A stretch of 64,000 bases of DNA from Macrostomum hystrix (Eukaryota > Animalia > Platyhelminthes): assembly GCA_950097015.1 (NCBI GenBank), contig CATNEN010000003.1:7378001-7442000 (forward strand), given 5' to 3'. The notes beneath the pieces are model-generated. The model did no database searches and had not been told where the DNA came from. It saw only the letters and a program-made list of their open reading frames with translations. A program made the position numbers and the translations under genes. Positions 49,070 to 61,037 of this stretch are shown piece by piece (the first letter of the stretch is position 1; each line of letters opens with the position of its first letter).

Positions 49070-52020
49070 TCAGCCACTGACTGTGCGAACCACCTCTTGA
49101 AGACGCAGGCGACCTTCGCGTAGTTCCACGGCCGACGACGAGCTGACAGCCAGCTGGTACAGGCTCTGCTCAGCTGCGGCGCCAGTCACCGGCCTACCCG
49201 AGCTGAGCAGCTGCCTAGCAACTGATCCAAGCTGATTATCGATCGCCGCCTGCAGGCTCTTAACGCTGCTGTCGAGGGTAAACTCGTCGGTGGCCGAGGA
49301 AATCGAGTGCTCGACACCGTTCTGAGTGCGCAGCTCAACCTGTTTTGACAGGTATGGGGGACGGGTAAACAGGTAAGATAGACAGGTAAACAGGTAAGAT
49401 GGACAGGTAAACAGGGAAATGTACAGGAAAACTGGTAGATTGACAGATAGATGAACAGGTAAACTGGTAGATAGAATGTAGATATAACATTGAATCGACA
49501 AATTCGGTCTCACCTGGATCTGTTTGTCAGTCAGCGCCTGGCCCTCATCGATGAAGCCGAGCAGTCTGAAGTACTCGTCAACCGTGGCGATCATCTGGGC
49601 CCAGACGGGGGCGGACGGTAGCACGCCATTTTGGGCTAGATGTTGGTTTAGTTTTTTGGCTTTCTCGCGCAGCTGCTTGGCTATGGAGAAGTCATTGGTG
49701 CCATCGAGAGCTGCCTCGCCGTCGGCAAAGCGGTCATTGGCGATGTCTCTCAGAGCAGATTTATAGAGATCCAGGTGCTTTAAGTGAGGCTTGTCTACGA
49801 CCTCTGCAGTGGTTATCGATTTCAAAAATAGGTAAATAACGATTGTCAAGAAGAATCCTAAATTATATGTCCAGGAAATGCACTTATAACAATAATAATT
49901 GCAGGAGACCTGCAGGCAATGGCACATCATTTGGTGACACTAGACCCGCAGCCAGCGAGGAGGCAATTCTGCATAATTCGCTGATTCCTGAGCACACACG
50001 CACACAGATACTGCACGCAGGCACACACTTGCACAGGTGTGTACATCTGCCCTGACTTTCTCATAGTCAGGCATTGTACACTTTTGGAGGGGTTTTTTCC
50101 CAGCCACCAATGAAGCCTGATTGTTGCACGCCTTTACTGTCTATGTCCCGAACCCCGCCAGCTCGGATTATTTCGCCCACACTATGCGGGGTCGCCCACA
50201 ATTTGCGCAAAGCCCAGTTCTCCTGCGTAAGAATGGACCGCGGCGTGTTGTCCAGCTGCATCGTGTCCATCTCGTCCAGCAGGCTTGCTCGGGGTCTCGG
50301 TTGCCTAACAGATCCTCGAACTCCGTCGCGTCCAGCTGCGCCAGGTCGTCAAGCATAACTTGCATAGCGGTCTCCCGTTGGACTCGCTCGCCAACCTCGG
50401 AGTTAGACGCACCCACGACGTCACCTTGAGACATGTGCACCAGTCCTAATGGAACGCCGGTACTTGCTTCGTAAATCGGATCTCCAGTCATCCTTGGAAA
50501 CATGGTTCTAGGCAGCCCGGTAATGCCACGGCTCGTCTCGCTGTCTTACAGCCTTCCCCAAACTGAGTTCTCTTGCTGCCCAAAGTCAGGCGGTCTACTT
50601 TTGGACCATAGACATTTCGGGCGTGCACCAATCGACAAAATAATCGATTGCTGCACGCCCCGCGAGACCGCTGGCTATATCCGCTCCGTGAGACTGATTG
50701 TTGCACGCCCCAACTGTCTGTGGTCCAAAAGTATACAATGGAACTTTACCGGTTGGGTGCCGAGCAAGTTAATGGCGGTCGATCGAGGCGCGTAGCGCCG
50801 AGATCGTAATCGCCATTAACTGCGAGGCAGCCAAACGGTAAAAGCATTATAAGGCTTCAGGCCATAGACAAATCAACTCCCCCTATAACGCTATCGGGCG
50901 GCTGTCGGTCGACAAGCAACGGCGTTATAGGGGGAGTTGATTTGTCTATGGCCTGAAGCCTTATAATGCTTTTACCGGTTGGTAAAATACTTTAATTGAT
51001 AATTAAAAGAAACAAATATAAGCGTCCAAATTTTGTCAGCTTCTGGCTCATGGCGGATTGGCGCAGTTTGTGCCATAGACATGCCATTATCGCTGAGTGA
51101 TCGTTTATAACATAATACGTTGCTGAAGCCTTATAATGCCAGTGATAAACGGCTATTCGTACTGCAAAGTTTTAAACCTCGGGCGCTACGCGCCCTCGGT
51201 TAAAAACATTGCAGCACTCATAGCCGTTTATTACTATGTCAGTGTACACTCTCACTGTGCCTTGGAGGTTGGCCCAGAAGGGCGTAAATTGCACGACAAG
51301 CCCCCAAAACTTCTCTCCGCGGCTGCGACCGCGGAAGTAGCCTCACCGCGGAATCGAGCTTAGAGACACTGGTGCGAGAGGCAAACGGGTTAACCACTGC
51401 CACTGACCCATAGTAATGTACTTACTACGAGTATTTAAATTTCTAAGAAAAAATCCAGGCACCATGCTAAATGAATTTTCAAGAAATCGATTCGTCAGAT
51501 TAATTGAAACCGAAATTTTCCGTTTAACTTGAGATACTTGGGATTTCCAAGAAATCAGACAGAATTTATGGAAAATATCAAGGCCCTAAAGGCCCTACTT
51601 AACCACTTTCAAAAGCAACAGAGCCCGTTTAATTCTAACTCGGCTTTTTTTCTATAGGGCAGGAAAAAATGTCTTGCAGGAAGGTGAAAAATGTATTGAA
51701 GAACTTTAATAGAAACAGTTTTTTAAAGAAACTTAACCCCGTATAATCAACGTCAACGAATAATGGTACAACAGATGGAACGAAATCCATCTTTATTCAA
51801 GTCTTTATAGTTGCTTTCGCATTAGCTATTTTTAGAACTACCGCAAACAAACAGGCCCTGGTTAATATATCCTAAAAGCTTGTTGCTTAATAGTACACTT
51901 AAGTTCCGAATAGATAAGGAAAGAGACTTGGCTTTTAACAAGGCACAAAGGGCACAATATAAAGTACATCTTACCTGCATCATTGCTTTTCTTATTGTTG
52001 ACATTTTCCTTATCACTCAT
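49070..52020 (-). CDS. Uncharacterised ~200-aa protein, possible C-terminal ubiquitin-like domain; exons 52020-51975, 49803-49514, 49339-49070
   Basis: MSDKENVNNKKSNDA(G|gtaag) phase 1 joins cag|AG GTC in frame, and the second intron is GT-AG phase 0. The C-terminus IQVELRT...SSVKSLQAAIDNQLGSVARQLLSSGRPV...SLYQLAV is UBL-like. Confidence 0.65.
49890..51409 (-). mobile_element. SINE family A, copy 7, split (49890-50082 and 51240-51409) by a ~1.16-kb insertion
   Basis: The two SINE halves join seamlessly at a duplicated TGTACACT (50075-50082 and 51243-51250). Confidence 0.8.
50083..51239 (-). mobile_element. Unclassified inserted element with internal palindromes; possible 5' part of a Crypton
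   Basis: Flanked by an 8-11-bp direct repeat with no TIR. Contains hairpins at ~50781-50805, 50836-50977 and ~51174-51201. The minus-strand peptide LLDEMDTMQLDNTPRSILTQENWALRKL weakly resembles Crypton recombinase N-termini. Confidence 0.5.
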
Positions 52021-52496
52021 CTTGGAATTCGGACAGTATTAACTAACTAATAAGACGAAGAGTAGCTCAATATTAATTTTAACTTTAATATTTTGGGTAG
52101 GAAAAACAAATGATCAATCAGTTAAGGGGCCTTAATTTACCGGATATTTTCCTGTGATTTATATAGAGTCAATCCTAGCTGGGCCCTAGACAGCCACCCC
52201 AATCTAAAAAAACAACCCCACTCCACTGATGAACATCTTAAGATTCGGTAGCCAATGAAAATCGAGCTTTAGAGAAAGCCCAATGTACAGAGCGAGTCAA
52301 GGGACAGAGGCGAAAAATTCTTGGAAATTAGCGACATCTAAAATCTAAATGAGCGCAAAAAGCTGTTGCTATTTTTACTACTCGAATAATAAAGATTTTT
52401 TTATTAAACTTACTAGATGATAGTAGCAATCCCAAATAAATGTATTACCGTTTATCTATGACAAACATTCTGAATGACAGGGTGAAAGGTGAAAGG

Positions 52497-53410
52497 TTGT
52501 GGTGAAAGGTTTATGGCTGACACACTGAATGGGGACAGGGGGTTGTGGTGAAGGGTTTATGTCCTGACACACTGAATGGGGACAGGGGGTTGTAGTGAAG
52601 GGTTTAAGTCCTGACACACTGAATGGGGACAGGGGGTTGTGGTGAAGGGTTTATGTCCTGACACACTGAATGGGGACAGGGGGTTGTAGTGAAGGGTTTA
52701 AGTCCTGACACACTGAATGGGGACAGGGGGTTGTGGTGAAAGGTTTATGGCTGACACACTGAATGGGGACAGGGGGTTGTGGTGAAGGGTTTATGTCCTG
52801 ACACACTGAATGGGGACAGGGGGTTGTAGTGAAGGGTTTAAGTCCTGACACACTGAATGGGGACAGGGGGTTGTGGTGAAGGGTTTATGTCCTGACACAC
52901 TGAATGGGGACAGGGGGTTGTAGTGAAGGGTTTAAGTCCTGACACACTGAATGGGGACAGGGGGTTGTGGTGAAGGGTTTATGTCCTGACACACTGAATG
53001 GGGACAGGGGGTTGTGGTGAAGGGTTTATGTCCTGACACACTGAATGGGGACAGGGGGTTGTGGTGAAGGGTTTATGTCCTGACACACTGAATGGGGACA
53101 GGGGGTTGTAGTGAAGGGTTTAAGTCCTGACACAATGAATGGGGACAGGGGGTTGTAGTGAAGGGTTTATGGCTGACACACTGAATGGGGACAGGGGGTT
53201 GTGGTAAAGGGTTTATGGCTGACCCACTGAATGGGGACAGGGGGTTGTAGTGAAGGGTTTATGTCCTGACACACTGAATGGGGACAGGAGTTGTGGTGAA
53301 GGGTTTATGGCTGACCCACTGAATGGGGACAGGGGGTTGTAGTGAAGGGTTTATGTCCTGACACACTGAATGGGGACAGGAGTTGTGGTGAAGGGTTTAT
53401 GGCTGACACA
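52497..53410. repeat. 47-bp tandem repeat (CTGACACACTGAATGGGGACAGGGGGTTGTGGTGAAGGGTTTATGTC)n
   Basis: Visible period of 47, about 19 units, G-run rich. Confidence 0.95.
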
Positions 53411-53977
53411 CTTAAGGGAGTTGCCTTTGAAAAAAAGTTGCTTGTACTTTTTATCATGGGTATGCTATTGACGATTAAAACCTGTGTAGTAAAAAACAAT
53501 AAATTAGGTAAAATTGATTATAGCGGCATACAAATAATGTAATAAATTGCCTACTCGTTCATAAAGGTATGTAATTAAAGCATTGAATGCTCTTGCTGGT
53601 TAAATCAGTAATTCATTCACAGCTAAAATCGTAATTGTAAAGTAACAATGGACTCAGACGCAACTTTGGTACACAGGAACCGAGAAAGGCTTACAGAATG
53701 AAATATTTCCTTTTTTCATTCAGCCATTTCTTTGCTGCAGCGAGAAAAGAGAATTTATGATTTGAAGAATTGTAGGATTCAGCTTTCTTTGAATTTTGTA
53801 GTGCTAGACGGGTAAAGAATGTCGTGTTAAAGTATGGAGTGCTGATAGAGAGAGAGTCGATGCCGGTCTATATTTAATGCAGAGATGAAAATTTAGGCCC
53901 AACCTTAAAATGTGACCCAAGCGCTTGGGTAAGTACCGACTCTAATATATAATAGTACCGAACAAAAATCGGATAAA

Positions 53978-54777
53978 ATGGCCACTACAGGGGCAACCCA
54001 TTCGATGCCAGAATGTTATCAGCTGCCAATTGCTAGCAAGGAAGGAAAAGAATCGTCAAGGGCAGCTTCGGAGAAGTCAGGACAGCAGCAGCAGCAGCAG
54101 CAGCAGCATGATAAAGTGTTGCTAATCGCTGGCAAAGGTAGCTGGAGAAGTCAGGTATGTTTGAAGATATTTTGGCTACAGAAGACTATACAATACCTTT
54201 TGGCAACAACACCTACACCACGGGGGTGTTTCAAATACTCACATTTGTAAATTTCATAATTCAAAACCCAGATTGAAGTCCACAATTATTTGCTTCACAG
54301 GTTAGAGTCTTGCGGCAAAACAGACAATCAAAGCAGCAGCAGCAACAGCAGCAATCGGCTCCACTGCAGACAAAGCCGACAGCATCAGGGAAGCTGAGAA
54401 ATTTGCGGTATTTAAAATGTGTGCAATCTCGGCAAGAATACGACAAACAACAGCAGCAGCCATCGTGTCGCCGCAGTCGACGGAAGCGCTTTATCAGCCA
54501 GAATCCTAATCCAAAATTAGCCGGATCGAACACCGGCTTGCAGCTTCGTCAAACCGACCAAATGTCCCGAGATTTGTTCCACTCCGGCCTGTCTGTCGAA
54601 CAGAAGTTCGAGCGCTACCTCCGACTGCACTGCGACAGTCGACAGAGCGACAGCGAGGAGGACGAAGAGAGCGAGAGACAAGGAGAAGAACTGCGAGTGG
54701 TTGGAGGTCACGTTACGCGGCAGCAAAAATGGAAGCTGGCGAAGGCTGTCAGGGCTGGTCAACGGCCCGACAAATAG
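53978..54777 (+). CDS. Hypothetical Q-rich, basic protein; exons 53978-54154, 54301-54777
   Basis: Two ORFs joined in frame by CAG|GTATGT...TCACAG|GTT. Contains polyQ tracts and no recognisable domain. Confidence 0.5.
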
Positions 54778-54885
54778 AGACGGTTTTTCAGGATTTTAAG
54801 CCAATTTGAGGGATACTGGATCGTAAATATCAAAGGAATTCTGGGTAATCAATTTCTAAAGTGAAATATCAGGTAATCAATATCC

Positions 54886-56510
54886 TAGAGATTCTAGGTT
54901 ATCAATCTCTCAATAGAGATTCTAGGTTATCAATCTCTCAATAGAGATTCTAGGTTATCAATCTCTTATTAGAGATTCTGGGCTATCAATCTCCCAATAG
55001 AGATTCTAGGTTATCAATCTCCTAATAGAGATTCTGGGTTATCAATCTCCTAATAGAGATTCTGGGCTATCAATCTCATAATAGAGATTCTGGGCTATCA
55101 ATCTCCCAATAGAGATTCTAGGTTATCAATCTCCTAATAGAGATTCTGGGTTATCAATCTCCTAATAGAGATTCTAGGTTATCAATCTCCTAATAGAGAT
55201 TCTGGGCTATCAATCTCCCAATAGAGATTCTGGGCTATCAATCTCCCAATAGAGATTCTAGGTTATCAATCTCCTAATAGAGATTCTGGGTTATCAATCT
55301 CCTAATAGAGATTCTGGGCTATCAATCTCCTAATAGAGATTCTGGGCTATCAATCTCCCAATAGAGATTCTAGGTTATCAATCTCCTAATAGAGATTCTG
55401 GGCTATCAATCTCCTAATAGAGATTCTAGGTTATCAATCTCCTAATAGAGATTCTGGGTTATCAATCTCCCAATAGAGATTCTAGGTTATCAATCTCCTA
55501 ATAGAGATTCTAGGTTATCAATCTCCTAATAGAGATTCTGGGCTATCAATCTCCCAATAGAGATTCTAGGTTATCAATCTCCTAATAGAGATTCTGGGTT
55601 ATCAATCTCCCAATAGAGATTCTAGGTTATCAATCTCCTAATAGAGATTCTAGGTTATCAATCTCCTAATAGAGATTCTGGGCTATCAATCTCCCAATAG
55701 AGATTCTAGGTTATCAATCTCCAAATAGAGATTCTAGGTTATCAATCTCTCAATAGAAATTCTAGGTCATCAATCTCCTAATAGAGATTCTAGGTTATCA
55801 ATCTCCCAATAGAGATTCTAGGTTATCAATCTCCTAATAGAGATTCTAGGTCATCAATCTCCAAATAGAGATTCTAGGTTATCAATCTCTCAATAGAAAT
55901 TCTAGGTCATCAATCTCCTAATAGAGATTCTAGGTTATCAATCTCCCAATAGAGATTCTAGGTTATCAATCTCCAAATAGAGATTCTAGGTTATCAATCT
56001 CTCAATAGAAATTCTAGGTCATCAATCTCTCAATAGAAATTCTAGGTCATCAATCTCCTAATAGAGATTCTAGGTTATCAATCTCCCAATAGAGATTCTA
56101 GGTTATCAATCTCCTAATAGAGATTCTAGGTCATCAATCTCCAAATAGAGATTCTAGGTTATCAATCTCTCAATAGAAATTCTAGGTTATCAATCTCTCA
56201 ATAGAAATTCTAGGTCATCAATCTCCAAATAGAGATTCTAGGTTATCAATCTCTCAATAGAAATTCTAGGTTATCAATCTCTCAATAGAAATTCTAGGTT
56301 ATTAATCTCTCAATAGAGATTCTAGGTTATCAATCTCTCAATAGAGATTCTAGGTTATCAATCTCTCAATAGAAATTCTAGGTTATCAATCTCTCAATAG
56401 AAATTCTAGGTTATTAATCTCTCAATAGAGATTCTAGGTTATCAATCTCTTATTAGAGATTCTGGGCTATCAATCTATCATTAGAGATTCTAGTTTATCA
56501 ATCTCTTATT
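54886..56510. repeat. 28-bp tandem repeat (AATAGAGATTCTAGGTTATCAATCTCCT)n
   Basis: Visible period of 28, about 58 units. Each unit has an internal inverted repeat GAGATT/AATCTC. Confidence 0.95.
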
Positions 56511-57055
56511 ATAGATTGACACAACATTTAGTTTGTTGTGTGTATAAGTCCCAAGACTGTACAATCTTCAGCCCTATGTCAATTATGGTTTTGTTTCGAT
56601 GTACGAATTTTAACGAACATTGCTTGCTCGCAATGAAACCCGAGTTTTGTGATTTTGCGTGACTAAAACAATTGTCTAACAAATACGAGTAAATGCAATA
56701 TGAGAAAACAACAATATCAAATATGGTATTTTTTCTTCGCAAAACTAGACACAGCAAGTTGAAAGTGAATTGCGACGTAGTTTTTATTTTACAGAAAGCT
56801 TAATTGATTGATTTATCAGACGGCACTTATACTCGTATATATATTCCGTTATGCAAAGATGCGAAAATGCACGATTTAGTGTAGATTCATTTAAATACAC
56901 CATTTTCCAAATGGATAAGCACAACACTGGCTTAGTTTGATAGAATCCCCAAATACATCTGATAGTTTTGTGGGTTTAAAATCCGGGATATAATATTTCA
57001 AATAAAAACTCCCTTCTACACGATAGCTCCCAAACCAAATAACCGATTTTATTGA

Positions 57056-57680
57056 AAATATAGCTTTTTTCAGCCTATTTGGGCTTACGCGCATTTAATT
57101 TAATCCGGGATATGTTTGTCAATGTAACTGAGCTTTAGTCTATGGTCACAAGGGTGGCGCAGCAGCATTTAATTTAGTCCAAGAAGCATCAATTTGGTCC
57201 ATAGCGGCTCTCTAACTTCAGTCCTAGATTTTTAATCTATTTAGAATTAACATGACGGACACAAGCAGTGAGGACGAAAGCAATGCTTCATTTGCAACTG
57301 CTCAGCCCCGGAGGAACAAGATCAGCCCCAGAATTGTGGACCATATGCTAGACTATCGAATGAGCGCCACGGACTTGTGATCGAAGCACTCGACAGAGGT
57401 GAACACCCAAATGACATTGCAAGGTTGCTGAATGTCAAAGAAAATACTATTTATAGCATCCGTCAGCGGGTTGAAACTACTGGCAGAAGAGATTGTCTGC
57501 GAAGGGGCGGCAACCGCCAAAGCAAGTTGTTGGAGCCTCAGGTCCAACTGCTACTAGATGCAATTAAATGCTGCTGCGCCACCCTTGTGACCACAGACTA
57601 AAGCTCAGTTACATTGACAAACATATCCCGGATTAAATTAAATGCGCGTAAGCCCAAATAGGCTGAAAAAAACTATATTT
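57056..57680 (+). mobile_element. Internally deleted Tc1/mariner-like transposon with ~118-bp TIRs
   Basis: 57056-57173 is the reverse complement of 57562-57680. The spacer encodes an HTH-like fragment (LVIEALDRGEHPNDIARLLNVKENTIYSIRQRVETTG...RGGNRQSKL). TA at the termini. Confidence 0.8.
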
Positions 57681-57890
57681 ATTCCTATATTGGTGGTTTT
57701 TGCTAGCAGACACCCCGACGGGAATCGTTGAATATATCGACGTCGACGATGCCGATGTTTTCTGAATCAGACAAAACTAGATATATTGGCATTTTTTAAT
57801 CTACGAAATCCATAAAATAGGGTAATCCCATAAGCCGGTTACTTGCTGTCACAACCTTGCTGACAATAGCCATTCAAAGCTAGAATTGAA

Positions 57891-58274
57891 TCAAACTTTT
57901 CTCAACAATCGTTTCCTAGTTTTGCGAATTTTGGCCGGATTTTTAATAGCGCAGGTGATCTCAGCTTTGCGCAGGTTTTCCTCGCGCTTGCGCCGCTTCT
58001 CGGCCAATCGAGCCCTCCTATCGTCAGACTCTTCTTTCCGGCGCGCTTTTAGCTCAGCTTCCATCTGCTTGACAGCCTTGAGGTTGAGCTTCTGCTGCAT
58101 CTTCTTGGACCAGGTGCTGTGAAACACGCGGTCCCGCTTAGCCGCGGAGGATCGCTCAGTGCGCACCGATTTCCATGCTTTGCCAGACTTTGGCTGGCCG
58201 CGGACTGGGGCCTCAGTGTCAGCTGGAGCTGCTGGAACCGCGGCTGCCACACCGACTGATTGCTGTGTTCCAGA
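57891..58274 (-). CDS. CCDC86: Coiled-coil domain-containing protein 86 (Cgr1 family); start unresolved
   Basis: RGQPKSGKAWK...STWSKKMQQK...RREENLRKAEI...IKNPAKIRK is the CCDC86/Cgr1 signature. Confidence 0.85.
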   Translation of the reverse strand, partial: SGTQQSVGVAAAVPAAPADTEAPVRGQPKSGKAWKSVRTERSSAAKRDRVFHSTWSKKMQQKLNLKAVKQMEAELKARRKEESDDRRARLAEKRRKREENLRKAEITCAIKNPAKIRKTRKRLLRKV

Positions 58275-58356
58275 CTGGAATTCGTCATAGAAGAAAAACT
58301 GATTTTTGGATATGATCAATGCGTTTACAAAAGAACTGCCTAAATGAAAAACATCA

Positions 58357-58765
58357 ACGGTGAGAATAGATGGACAGATGGAAGATCTTAGGGGTGAGAA
58401 TAGATCAGATTAGATGAAAGATCTTAGGGGTGAGAATAGATCAGATTAGATGAAAGATCTTAGGGGTGAGAATAGATCAGATTAGAATAGAAAGATCTCA
58501 GGGGTGAGAATAGATCAGATTAGATGGACGATCTCAGGGGTGAGAATAGATCAGATAAGATGGAAGATCTCAGGGGTGAAAATAGATCCGATTAAATAGA
58601 CGATCTCAGGTGAGAATAGATCAGATTAGATGGAAGATCTCAGGGGTGAGAATTGATCAGATTAGAATAGAATATCTGAGGGGTGAGAGATGATCAGATT
58701 AGATAGAATATCTCAAGGGGTGAGAATAGATCCGATTAGATTGAAGATCTCAGGGTGAGAATAGA
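58357..58765. repeat. 36-bp tandem repeat (GGGGTGAGAATAGATCAGATTAGATGGAAGATCTCA)n
   Basis: Visible period of ~36. Confidence 0.9.
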
Positions 58766-59783
58766 TGTCAGTTTTAAATTCTCTATGGAGAATCTATGAG
58801 GACCATTGAAAAATATCAGTGACTGGTGGAGTCGACAAATAAGTCAAGACTAGCATAAGGAAAACAAATTTGGCCCAATCCGAAGTCGAAGCACACTGTT
58901 CGCGCTGTGGTTCTGGAAAGACAGTAGTACAAAATAGACTTATCATCGCATTGTATTTGTTAGCAGTGAGTTTTCCAGCTTCTTAAATTCATGCTCTGGC
59001 GACATTTGTTAAAGAAAAATTTAAGTAGTATTAATGGCGAATGTGGCGTTAAATTTAAATTAGAGCAATAAATTAGAAGATTTTTAAAACCAGCAAAATA
59101 ATACCAATGAGTTCAAAGTCACTTGAGTAGTGTAGACATGCGACAAATGACAAATGATAAGTGTTACTGAATAGAAGAATCCGAATTGTAAGGTTTAACG
59201 AGGCCTCATAAATTTATTAATTCGATAAATACTACAAGAAAGTATTAGCAAATTAGTAACATGACTATAAAACTATCGTATTATACTTCGTAGTATGTAC
59301 ACAGACACTGATTAGGGAAACGAAGAATTCAATGATTAAAATTTACTGAAGCAAAGCATTGGCGGTGAATGAAAACATGACTTTGTTTTTATAAAATTTT
59401 TATTAAGCAACAATGAGCCAAGCCTGTATAATTACAGTCCAATATTTACAAAAATAGGAAATCATAATTATAAAAACTAAACTAAACTTATTCAAATTAA
59501 AATTAGGGAAAAAATATCATTAATTTATCATTATCCGAAAATTAAACAGATAGCACTGTCAATGAGACACGGTGTAAATTTTATACCAGGTTTAAAGTAA
59601 ATTTTTTATGCCAGATAATTAAATATTTAGATAGGCACATTTGAAAATCTTGACCATGTCGACAAATCCGAAGCATGACACAATCAATCTAAATTAGAGA
59701 CAGGTAAGAATAGGACAGACGTAATCAATGAAACTTAAATACAGGTGACAAAGATGACAGACCAACTTAAGCTAAATTACATT

Positions 59784-60935
59784 AGACAGATAAGGATGAT
59801 GACAGAACCCAGTACAAAAGACAGATAAGGATGATGACAGAACCCAGTACAAAAGACAGATAAGGATGATGACAGAACCCAGTACAAAAGACAGATAAGG
59901 ATGATGACAGAACCCAGTACAAAAGACAGATAAGGATGATGACAGAACCCAGTACAAAAGACAGATAAGGATGATGACAGAACCCAGTACAAAAGACAGA
60001 TAAGGATGATGACAGAACCCAGTACAAAAGACAGATAAGGATGATGACAGAACCCAGTACAAAAGACAGATAAGGATGATGACAGAACCCAGTACAAAAG
60101 ACAGATAAGGATGATGACAGAACCCAGTACAAAAGACAGATAAGGATGATGACAGAACCCAGTACAAAAGACAGATAAGGATGATGACAGAACCCAGTAC
60201 AAAAGACAGATAAGGATGATGACAGAACCCAGTACAAAAGACAGATAAGGATGATGACAGAACCCAGTACAAAAGACAGATCAGGATGATGACAGAACCC
60301 AGTACAAAAGACAGATCAGGATGATGACAGAACCCAGTACAAAAGACAGATCAGGATGATGACAGAACCCAGTAAAATAGACAGAAAAGGATGATGACAG
60401 AACCCAGTACAAAAGACAGATCAGGATGATGACAGAACCCAGTAAAATAGACAGATCAGGATGATGACAGAACCCAGTACAATAGACAGATAAGGATGAT
60501 GACAGAACCCAGTACAATAGACAGATAAGGATGATGACAGAACCCAGTGAACTAGACAGATAAGGATGATGACAGAACCCAGTACAAAAGACAGATAAGG
60601 ATGATGACAGAAGCCAGTGAACTAGACAGGTAAGGATGATGACAGAAACCAGTACAATAGACAGATAAGGATGATGCCAGAACCCAGTGAACTAGACAGA
60701 TAAGGATGATGACAGAACCCAGTACAATAGACAGATAAGGATGATGACAGAACCCAGTGAACTAGACAGATAAGGATAATGACAGAACCCAGTGAACTAG
60801 ACAGATAAGGATGATGACAGAAGCCAGTGAACTAGACAGATAAGGATAATGACAGAACCCAGTGAACTAGACAGATAAGGATAATGACAGAACCCAGTGA
60901 ACTAGACAGATAAGGATGATGACAGAAGCCAGTAA
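59784..60935. repeat. 35-bp tandem repeat (GACAGATAAGGATGATGACAGAACCCAGTACAAAA)n
   Basis: Visible period of 35. The 5' part is homogeneous and the 3' part is variant. Confidence 0.95.
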
Positions 60936-61037
60936 AACAGGCAAGTACAGAATATAAGAATAGACCTGGGGCCACTCAGTCAGCTGATATCCTCAGTGAG
61001 GTGTTTCCAAATGTCAGAACACGGCAGCTATCCAATG

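Noticed and set aside
59772-60517. ORFs open in three frames with hydrophobic repeats
   Set aside because: Artefact of a stop-free 35-bp tandem repeat. The same applies to the ORFs at 62479-62950, 47569-47925 and 52651-52851.
52497-60935. Regular 28-47-bp repeats as possible CRISPR arrays
   Set aside because: The units are head-to-tail with no unique spacers, there are no cas genes, and the context is eukaryotic.
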